Part shown: piece by piece, positions 53,920-64,000 of the stretch
Layout of the letters: every line of letters starts with the position of its first letter
How positions within the stretch are numbered: the first letter of the stretch is position 1
Assembly: GCA_951406725.2 (NCBI GenBank)
Contig: OX597825.1
Coordinates: 1,054,001-1,118,000 of the forward strand
Length of the DNA stretch: 64,000 nucleotides
Direction of reading: 5' to 3'
Source of the DNA: Octopus vulgaris
Taxonomy: Eukaryota
Position numbers and translations under genes: made by a program
Notes under the pieces: generated by a model
Told to the model about the DNA's origin: nothing
Databases searched by the model: none
Seen by the model: the letters and a program-made list of their open reading frames with translations, nothing else

Positions 53920-54275
53920 CTCTTACTTGCTTCAGTTATTGGGCTGTGGCCATGCTGGGGCACTGCCTCAAAATTTTTTAGTTAGACATAGTGATCCCAG
54001 TACATATGTTTTCACAGTTAAGCTTGGTACTTATTCTATTGGTGTCTTTTGCTGAACCACTAAGTTAGAGGGACATAAAACACACCAAGTGGTCAAGAAG
54101 ACGCTTAGGTAACAAGCACAAACACCAAAACACACAAACAGACACACACACATGATTGGCTTCTACACAATTTCTATCTACCAGATTCACTCAGGAGGCA
54201 AAGGCTGGCCAGTGACTATATCAAAAGATACTTTTCAAAGATACTATGTGGTGGAACTGAGTTTGAATCCATGTT
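53920..54275 (-). mobile_element. Composite SINE family A
   Basis: Same tail/microsatellite/head layout as 1866-2236. Confidence 0.8.
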
Positions 54276-54276
54276 T

Positions 54277-55195
54277 TGGGTCATCCCATAAATAATGCGG
54301 TCTTTTTCAATTGCATAAACGAAAGGTTGAAGGGGGACACGATAAACTACCTGCATCAACTATCTATAAAAGCAGGTAGTAATTTTACCTTGTGCTTATT
54401 CTTAGTGCAAGTTTTGAAGAGTTATTTTTTCAAAGCTATAATGGAAGTGACAAAAGAGCATATTCAGCTTTATTTTGCTTTCTGAGTTATATTCGTTATA
54501 TATTTGTGAGCTCACAGCTGCTGTTGCTGCTGCCACAGGCGCGTCGACCAGCACAAATGCTCACAACAAGATCCACAGAGTGAATGCCAACTGACAATGG
54601 TGGTGGCCACGGAAGGGAAGTGACAGCAGGCAATGGAAAGTTTGAGGAATATTAATGCAGTCTATGGGGATCAGACAATAAGTGTAAGCCAGTGCCAACG
54701 GTGGTTCCAAAAATTCTGAGATGGAAACTACAGCCTAGAAGACGAGCCTCATCCTGGAAGATCTGTGGAGCTCAATGAGGACATCCTGTAAACTCTGGTG
54801 GAACAAAATCCCATTGTAACTGTTGAGGAACAAGCAGAGAAGCTACTTCATTCAACCATTCATCGACACCTTCATGCCACTGGAAAAGTTGGCAAATTGG
54901 GTCAATGGATCCCTCACAAACTTTCCAAGTCTAATCGTGCTCAGAGAGTGAATGTGGGCTCTTCTTTGCTGTCAGGTCTGACAAATGAACTTTATTTTAA
55001 CCGAATTCTGACTGGTGACAAGAAATGGGCATCTCTATAAAAATATCAAGTGCTGAAGACAGAAGGTAGGGAAGGGAGAAACTCCGCCCCCCCCTCCCAG
55101 CTAAAGAAGGTCTACACCCACATAAGGAGATCTACTGCAAGCAGCTTGAGTGGCTCAAGTCAGCAGCGCTAGAAGAAAAACAACCATCTTCACTG
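54277..55195 (+). mobile_element. Decayed mariner (DD34D-type) transposon, 5' portion
   Basis: TIR-like TTGGGTCATCCCATAAATAATGCGG; MEVTKEHI; NAVYGDQTISVSQCQRWFQKF, LEDEPHPGR, KLGQWIPHKLS, RILTGDKKW. Confidence 0.9.
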
Positions 55196-55569
55196 ACTCA
55201 ACTTAATGAAATCCTTAAATATAAAGTAGTAAGTCTTTATTTAAGCAGAATCTACTTTCAAAAGGAAAATTAGCTGTTGTTATTTTTAATGACATTGAAC
55301 AAAATAAAAATAAGGAAACAGGAAAAAGGAAAGAAGCAAGATACCCCCCCCTCTTAAAACCGTAGCTGTTGTTTGGAAGCAAGTAAGGCTTGGCAACATG
55401 TATGTACCTTGCTTTCACCTATTGCATTAGGTGCCTGTGTAGTCATAGATACAGTCTAGGCTTTTTTCCCTCTTGACCCGACAGAATATTGAAGATGTGA
55501 CAACTGGTGGGAAAGAAAGCTGGACTGGCATTTGGCGAGTTCTCATTTTCAGCTAAACAGACTAGAATA

Positions 55570-56270
55570 ATCATCATCATCATTTAACGTCTGTTGACCA
55601 TGCTGGCATGGGTTGGACAGTGTGACCAGAGCTGGTATGGACTGGACAGTGTGACCAGAGCTGGTATGGATTGGACAGTGTGACCAGAGCTGGTATGGAT
55701 TGGACAGTGTGACCAGAGCTGGTATGGACTGGACAGTGTGACCAGAGCTGGCATGGGTTGGACAGTGTGACCAGAGCTGGCATGGGTTGGACAGTGTGAC
55801 CAGAGCTGGCATGGGTTGGACAGTGTGACCAGAGCTGGTATGGACTGGACAGTGTGACCAGAGCTGGTATGGACTGGACAGTGTGACTAGAGCTGGTATG
55901 GACTGGACAGTGTGACCAGAGCTGGTATGGACTGGACAGTGTGACCAGAGCTGGTATGGACTGGACAGTGTGACCAGAGCTGGTATGGACTGGACAGTGT
56001 GACCAGAGCTGGCATGGGTTGGACAGTGTGACCAGAGCTGGTATGGATTGGACAGTGTGACCAGAGCTGGCATGGGTTGGACAGTGTGACCAGAGCTGGT
56101 ATGGATTGGACAGTGTGACCAGAGCTGGTATGGATTGGACAGTGTGACCAGAGCTGGCAAGCTGTAAGAAGGGGGACTGCACTGTACCCCAGTCTGATTC
56201 TATGACTGGATGCTCTTCCTGATGCCAACTATTCTACACAGTGTGCTGGATGCTTTGATGTGGCACCACA
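55570..56270 (-). mobile_element. SINE family B copy hosting a minisatellite
   Basis: (CAT)n TTTAACGTCTGTTGACCATGCTGGCATGGGTTGGAC before the array; CTGGATGCTCTTCCTGATGCCAAC after it. Confidence 0.8.
55602..56158 (+). repeat. 29-bp minisatellite, 19 copies
   Basis: Unit GCTGG(C/T)ATGG(GT/AC/AT)TGGACAGTGTGACCAGA, exact 29-bp period from 55602 to 56152. Confidence 0.97.
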
Positions 56271-57649
56271 TGTAATGTGAAGTGAAATGTCTTGTTCAAA
56301 GACACATTGTGCTGCCTGATCTGCAAATTGAACTTGTGATCTTATGATTATGAGTCCAGCACCCTAACCACAAGGCTATGCATAAATACTAAAAGCATAA
56401 GTAGTTGGGGAGAACATAAAAAAAAACAATCAACAGTGTTTAACTCTGCTGAAATCACAGAACTTAGAGTTATCTTTGAATATATTGACAATCAGCAAGA
56501 CATACACCAACCCCTTTCACGAAATACCCCAAAATTTATGATAAAACTGATCATACATATATTAACCTATTGTATTTAAAACCTCTTTAAATCATAATTA
56601 GATAATATACATCTAGTTATATGTCTACTAATTTGAAATATTAGGGTGAAAATCAAACTAGTAACACCAAGCACATAGAGAAAAAATTGTGGTAATGATA
56701 ATCATACAAATTTATGATGAAAAATAATCACTGTTGAGTTATCTTATTACATTAACAACTCAGGATATCATAATTAGATAATGTATATCATTTAATTACT
56801 GAATACTGTCAAAAGTAATATCTACGTTAATAAAAATGAAGTTTTTCTCTCATAAATAAAAATATCTTAGGATTGTTGTGTAGACTGGTAGAGGTACAGT
56901 GTTATTGGTTTTTCTCTTGCTGAACAAATTCCAATATATAATATGGTGAGTACAATAACACTGCTTTAAGTTCATATAATTATTATAATTATAAATTATT
57001 ACTGGGTAAAAGTTAAAGAACTTCTGGTAATAGTATTTTTCTACTAGAGACTACAATAAAACTAATCTACTCTCTGTTACTATTAGTTAATATTTTTACT
57101 TTAGAAAAGAAGTTTATAAATATGTTTAATAAACTGTTGATCCTTAAACCACAAAGGCAGAATCACTTGATAGCTTCCTTTAGAAATATGTTCTTCCTAT
57201 GATAAGTTAAAATATAGGTTTGATTTGGTCATCCATCCATCCACCCACCCACCATGAACACCACTATTAGCATCATCATCATTTAATGCCCAGCTTCCTT
57301 GAAAGCATGGGTTGGATTGTTTGACAGGAACCAGCATGTCCAAGGACTGCATCATGCTCCAATGTTGGTTTTGGCATAGTTTCTATGGCTGGATAACCTT
57401 CCTAACTGCAACCATTTTACAGAGTATAATGGTGCTTTTCCATGGTACCAATATATCTATATGTATTGTGGTTAAGATGTTCATTTCACAACTAGGTGGG
57501 TTTTGGTTTCAATCTCACTGCATGGTGCCTGTCTGCTACTATAACTGTGGGTTGATCAATGCCTTGTAAATGAAATTTGGTTGGTATAAACTGCACAGAA
57601 GCCCATTGTATGTATGTATGTATGTATGTATGTATGTATGTATGTATGT

Positions 57650-57680
<31 letters not shown>

Positions 57681-58061
57681 GATGGATGTATGTATGTATG
57701 TATGTGTGTGTGTGTGTGTATGTATGTATGTAGGTATGTATGTATGGATAGATGTATACATGCTTGCATGTATAGACTGATGGATGGATGAATGTAGCTA
57801 TCTATTGCTACCACCTCCTTATCCACCACTACTTGCAGATTTCTCCTGCCATGCTGGCATAAGGTGGACAGCATTCTATGGTAGGCTGCCTTTCTTGTCA
57901 CCGACTATCAACTGTTTCTTGAAAGTGGTATTTTTATTCTGCTGGTTTTCATATGTCAACATTTATGAAATAGCTGAGCTACAAAGCATATCATTTATGT
58001 GAGATGTAAAAGTAAAGGCACCACTACCTAAATGGCATCAATGTGAACGTAGAAACTAGAG

Positions 58062-58126
<65 letters not shown>

Positions 58127-58554
58127 GTATGTAAAGCAAGTTCCATATAATTTCTGTTTACTAATTTTACTCACATGGCATTGGGCATCTCAAGGCTATA
58201 ACAGAAGATCATTGCCTAAGATGGCAAGCAGTAGGATAGAATCTGAAACCACATGGCTGTGTCTATCTGTGTGTGTGTATAAAATCATCATTTAATGTCT
58301 GTCTTCCATGGGTGGATGGTTTGACAGAGGCTGTCCAGACCCCAGTTGTCTGTTTTGACATAGATTCTATGGCTGGATGTCCTTCCTAAAGCCAACCACT
58401 TTACAGAGTGTGCTCGATGCTTCTTTATGTGCCACTGGCACGGGTGCCTTCTGGGAGGCATCAGCATGTGTAGCAGACACACACAATATTATATGTGTAT
58501 GTATATAAACACACACACTTATGTAGGTGGGTATATATATCTTGTGTGTACATT

Positions 58555-58875
58555 CGATGTATGAGTTAGGGCTGCATGCAACTGGCACTCTGTTGGTGAC
58601 GGCACCGAGGGTTCCAGTTGATCGAATCGACAGTAAATCCTGCTCATGAAATTAATGTGCAAGTGGCTGAGTACCCCACTGACACACAAACCCTTAATAA
58701 TGTAGTTCTCGGGAAGATTCTGCATGACACAGAATGGGACAAGACTGATCCTTTGAAATACAGGTACAACTCATTTTTGCTTGCTGAGAGGACTGGAGCA
58801 ATGTGAAATAAGGTGTTTTGCTCAATAACACAGGGCACCACTGAGAATTGAAATCATGACCTTACGACCTTCTTA
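58555..58875 (-). mobile_element. tRNA-derived SINE (family D)
   Basis: ATGTGAAATAAGGTGTTTTGCTCAATAACACA..GAATTGAAATCATGACC head (B box on minus strand), shared with 56270-56380 and 25215-25305. Confidence 0.65.
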
Positions 58876-59364
58876 CCACACACCCGTATTTGTACCTATA
58901 TTTGTTCATTTTATTTTCATTTTATTTCTAAGATAGTGAGGTAGATTGCATGCTAAAGTTGTACCTAGGTTATATTTATTCTTGTGTTTGTTAAAATCTT
59001 CTCCTGAAACTGAAGATGAACCTCAGAGTTAATTTCTCTAGAATTTAATATTAGAATATTAAATCAACCACAAAAAAATAGAAAAACTTGATCAAAACTG
59101 TGAAACAGTTTAACAGAAACATAACAACTATTAGAATAATTAAGGGAAAGGAAGAAAAAAGTTTAAACTCGTAAAACCTTCATTAAGTTTTAAAAACAAA
59201 CACACATAGTAATATTATGGAAACAAAAAAAAAAGCTATTATCTTTGATAAAAGATAAATCCTCCACAATAGAAGATTACCCAAAGCCAGAAAGTAGTAG
59301 GAATTTTTAATCAACTCAAACATTACAAATAAAACATTTAATCATCTAATCAACAATAACTTGG

Positions 59365-59640
59365 GTCTTCATGTAGTAAGGAATGGCTAGCAGACTTTTA
59401 AAAATAATCATAGCTTTCAACATAATATCAAATTGAAAGCTGATCAAGCAATAAGAAAGCAGCATAGTAATTCATGCTGAAATTAGCTCAATTAACAGGT
59501 TTCTATTCGTTAAAGCAAATTTTCGATGCTGATGAAACTGGTCTGAACTGGAAGAAAATGCCAAAGATAACTTTTATATCAAGAGCGGAAAAATGGTTGG
59601 TGGAATTAAGGTGTCCAAAGATTGAATCATGCAAGTGACT
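59365..59640 (+). mobile_element. Tigger/pogo transposase relic
   Basis: SKEWLADFK..HNIKL (CENP-B HTH end) and QIFDADETGLNWKKMPKITFISRAEK..KVSKD. Confidence 0.75.
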
Positions 59641-62269
59641 GTTTTCAAAACCCTAAGTTATGTGGAATAGTATTGAGACAGCACAAAGGACAAGGATTCC
59701 TAGAGCAGTATAAACATAAAATGGATCCAGGCACAAACAGAGGCCTGTGTATGGGTGTTTTTCTTCCTCTCTCCACCTGTTCACTTTCCTCATTCCTTTC
59801 TTTGGAAGAGTATAGGCTTGAAAGTCAAAGACTGCTTCCATTTTTCCTGCATATCAAACTTACAAACTTCTTGCACATCAAACCTCCTAGGCTTACAAAG
59901 AATAAGTCCTGTTCGACTAAAGGTAGTACTCCAGCACAAAGTTGACCATGGCAGGAATTGAACTCACAACATAAAAGGTCAGAACAAATACAGCAAAGCA
60001 TTTTAAGCCAAAGCTCAAATGATTCTCTCTGCTCACCACTTTTGTTATTATTGATAATGTCATGAGAAGATGCCTCCTTCACTTAACATGATTTGATTTG
60101 CACAGTGAATTACAGACAGAACCAGTTTACTGTGTAAACGAAGGATCAAGTGTACTACTTTATATATATATTACATAAGATATTATATAATATCATTATT
60201 ATATATTTTATAATTATATAACATAAACATCTGTATGAAATATAGTATGTCTATTTCATATTGCAGAGAAAAGAGGAAGAACATTGATGCCATTAAGAGA
60301 AAGTTGTTTATGAAAGTATACTGTTTCATATAACAATATCACCCAGCTGTATGTGACATTAAATCTGAAATAATATTTTACTTATATAGGATATCTGGTA
60401 CCTTGCCAGATAGATTTCACATCATCTATATTTTGATACGATCTTAAGAGATGTTTAGATACTCAATTGGCCATAATTCAGACACTTTGTTCTCTTCATA
60501 TTCCAGCATCACCAGCCACTCTGTTTTTACGCTGTGTGGTATACCTACAGAGTTTAAAGAAAGCTCCGGAGAGAAATAAACAGACATGTTATTACCAGCA
60601 ATGTGTTAAAAGTGAAGCTAAAAACCTAGTTTTCCGTGTAGTGACAAGAGCTAAATATTAATAGCAATAGTAGTTTCTGTATGGGTCCATACAATCTGGT
60701 GGGATGGAACAGTTGATTATATTAATCCCCGGTTTAATGAGGTGATAGACAGCACATATTCTGAAACGAATGATGTAGCAAGTTGATAGCAGTCCTGGCA
60801 TCAAATAGATATGTTGATTCAATTGGCCTGCATTTTAGGATGCACAAACTGATCACAGCACTTTAAAGAAAACGGCAAAGAACTGGATGTATCAGACAAA
60901 GAATATCAAACAATTCTGGTTGTTATTAGCATTATTACAAAACATGATAATCAGAATTGATTTTTGTTGATAATATTAAGAATCTTGATTTCTAACATAC
61001 ATTTTTGGAGAAGGGAATTATCAGTTATATTGATGCAGTACCTAACAGGTACTTATTTCTTTGACCCTGGAAAAAATGGAAAACAATGTTGAGTGAGGAG
61101 ACATTTGATCTCAGAGTGCAAATGGAGTTTGGATTCCACCGAAGTTGACTTGTATTTTCATTATCATCATCATGGCTATTTTGCATGTTTTCCATGTAAG
61201 CAATGGGTTGGATGGGTTGTCATCATCAAAGTTTGATCTTTCTTTGTGTTACTGCTCTCCTGGTCATGGTCAGGGGTCCATGTGTACACTTGTGCATTTT
61301 CTTCTGGAATGGTCTATGCTGGTTGACTTTCCTAGAACCTACACTATAGAATGTACTGGGTGCATTTGGAGAGGAACCAGCACTAGCAGAGTTGTCTTGT
61401 ATTTTGCAAGACAGAAGGAATCATCTCTGTGTAAAATTTAGTGCATTTGTTCAGGACAACTTGACCAATAAAGTGAGTGGAAGAGAAGGCAACTGTAGAA
61501 GATGAGTAAGATGAGGAGGAAAGAGAAAAAAAGATTATAGAGGCAAAAACAGAGTGATTGGGCTGACATCTAACCTGTTTGGTTCCACAACGTTTGGAAC
61601 CAGCACCTCCGCATGCTTCTGCAGAGCTGGGCCTTCTCTAGTATCAAGGAAATAATGTTTCAACTATCATAAAATATGAAAATATCAAAGAACAAACATT
61701 GCAATGTTCTGAAATTTGTCTTTAACAAAAGGAACCGACTCAACAGCCATCAAGTAAATTGTGTTATGTCCAGCTTTCTTAGGTTCCCTGCAAGCAATCC
61801 CCAACAAGTGCAATAAGATTAATAATGACAACAATAGGCACAAGCCAGAAATTTAAGGGGAAGGGGTCAACCAATGAAATAGACAAACTCTTTACACTTA
61901 AATATTTTTTTTATTTTGTAGACTGAAAAAATGGCAGGCAAAGGTGACTTCAGCATGATTTGAATAACAGAATATTTAAGAGATGGAAGAAATACCACAA
62001 GGTATTTTGCCCAATGCACTAACAATTCTACCAATCCATCAACTTTTTATAATAGTATAATAATAATAATAATAATAGGTCAGATAGAGTTAGTCAGTTA
62101 CATCAATGCCCATTCTTAATGGGTACTTATTCTATTGACCCTGATAGGATGAAAGGCATAGCTAGCCTTTGAAGAATTTGAACTCAGAACTTAAAGCCAG
62201 AAGAAATGATGCTAAGTATTTTGTCTGGCCTGCTAATGATTCTACCAGCTCACCATCTTATTATTATTA

Positions 62270-62290
62270 TTAATAATAATAATAATAATG

Positions 62291-62340
<50 letters not shown>
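62270..62340. repeat. (AAT)n microsatellite
   Basis: Directly visible. Confidence 0.95.
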
Positions 62341-63128
62341 TCTTTATTCTATAGGCATAAGGCCTGAAATCTCGGTGGGAGGGGGTGCTGGTCAATTTCA
62401 ACAACTCCAGTGTTCAACAGGTACTTATCAATCGTGTAAGGACAAAAGACAAAGTTAGTCTCAGTGGAATCTGAACTCAGAATTTGAAGCCAGACAAAGG
62501 GCCACCAGCTATTTTGTCTGACATATTGATGCCCCTGCCAGGTGGCCACCTTAAATAATGGTAATGATATGTTGATAATGTGTAACACACAAGATCTTTG
62601 GCTTTCAATCTTGACTGAATGACAAATAATAAGTGAAAGAATATATTGTTGTAGAGGGATCAAAGGAGGGAGAACACAAGAATAATATATTTCTTCAGAA
62701 GATTTATCAGAAGAAATTATAGGAAAGAAATGATGGGTGAGAAGCCATTTTATCACCTGGACAAGTATGTTTGCAAAGACACCTATGGAGACACATGTCA
62801 AAACACAAATGTCAATATACGTGTACTTATATAAACAAACAGATACAGGCACAGATCATATATTCCTAAAACATTATTTGATATATCAATGCAGACACAT
62901 GAATGGCGTGTTTGAAGGAAAGAAACCTTAGAAAGATTGGATAACATAAACCAACAGAAGACTCCGTATATGTATATAGAGTCTAGATATTTTATCTGAA
63001 TGAAATGGAAGCTGACAGGGATTTCAAAACTTTACTGGTAACAGCAAATTGTAGCTTGTCTGATGAGATTTTGTCGTGAAAATTTGAAGTCACAGTCATG
63101 TTTGTGTGTGTGTGTGTGTGTGTATGCA

Positions 63129-63475
63129 TAATGCAGTACAATGTGTCATATGGTTGTGCTATCAGTGATTAAACTGGAAATTCTATCTAGCTTGCTTGGT
63201 AAGTAGGGTAGCTTTTGCTGGACACCCAGCTGAACAAAAACCCATCAAACGGCAAATGAAGGCAATGGAGTCAACGACTATCCAACAGCTGGGAGTGAGA
63301 GACACCTCATCTTTATTGAGACATCTCTTAGTTTGCATCCAGCGATGTAGACTAGTCCTTCATTTTGAGCAAATGCATGCATTATTTCAAGAGTGGGACT
63401 GAACCTAATAAGACATTTCCTCTCTTGAAAAAGCTTCAGGTACAGGCATCGCTTGATTTTGAACATCCCTTTTAT
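63129..63475 (+). mobile_element. 5' leader fragment of an RTE-like LINE
   Basis: TAATGCAGTACAA..TAAACTGG..GCTTGCTTGGT..TGGACACCC, homologous to reverse-complement 6060-6180 and to 23813-24180. Confidence 0.6.
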
Positions 63476-63706
63476 GTGTTGCATGCTTTTCTGGCCATAG
63501 TTGGAAAGGCAAAGCACTCAATGAAAATTGCCATGATAGAATGAAGGCATGTATTCGGATGGTGCTTTTTATGTGCCACTGGCATCGGAGCCAGTCAGGG
63601 GGCACTGACCACAGCTACGATATTGGTTTTACTTGACTCAACAGATCTTCTCAAGCATATCATATCACCCGATGCATCAAGGGTATTCTTAACAGGGCCG
63701 AACATT

Positions 63707-63782
63707 GGGGCCAGTTTATGGGGTTACCCTGGGTGTCTCACTCATAAGTGAGAAATCCAGGGTAACCCCATAATCTGGCCCC
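63707..63782. repeat. GC-rich 76-nt hairpin (36-bp arms, 4-nt loop)
   Basis: GGGGCCAGTTTATGGGGTTACCCTGGGTGTCTCACT-CATA-AGTGAGAAATCCAGGGTAACCCCATAATCTGGCCCC. Confidence 0.9.
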
Positions 63783-63849
63783 CATTATAATATTAACTGC
63801 TCTACATCTTTGAGTGGGCTCCTTTCTCAGATTTATGTATTTCTATAGA

Positions 63850-63895
<46 letters not shown>

Positions 63896-64000
63896 ATGTG
63901 TGTATGTGTATATATATGTGTTTGAATATATGTTTTTGTATGTCTATATGAATGCATATGAATTTGTCAATTTAAAAAGCAAAAGAAAACTCCTAAAATA

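Noticed and set aside
55549-56228. CRISPR-like array or 200-aa repeat proteins
   Set aside because: Units are head-to-tail with no unique spacers, no cas genes, and derive from a SINE segment; the ORFs result from a stop-free unit

Overview
AT-rich, microsatellite-dense eukaryotic DNA. The SINE repertoire resembles octopus/coleoid cephalopod repeats as I recall them (not database-checked). No intact protein-coding gene or confident host exon is visible, so this is probably a large intron or intergenic region; most ORFs in the track are microsatellite artefacts. The window is mostly decayed transposons: a near full-length RTE LINE (2387-6180, minus), four more RTE fragments, pogo/Tigger, rosa/DD41D-like and mariner transposase relics, a Merlin (IS1595-like) element with long TIRs, a piggyBac-type MITE, a miniature LTR element and many tRNA-derived SINEs. 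The most interesting layer is RNA structure: (i) several unrelated palindromic elements built around minimal type-I hammerhead-ribozyme motifs of the Penelope/retrozyme kind (best example 11826-12108), (ii) a tandem, covarying pseudoknot-like motif plus a conserved leader in the RTE 5' UTR, (iii) a near-perfect 76-nt hairpin and other fold-backs, and (iv) a 19-copy 29-bp minisatellite that arose inside a SINE. All structures and translations were read by eye.
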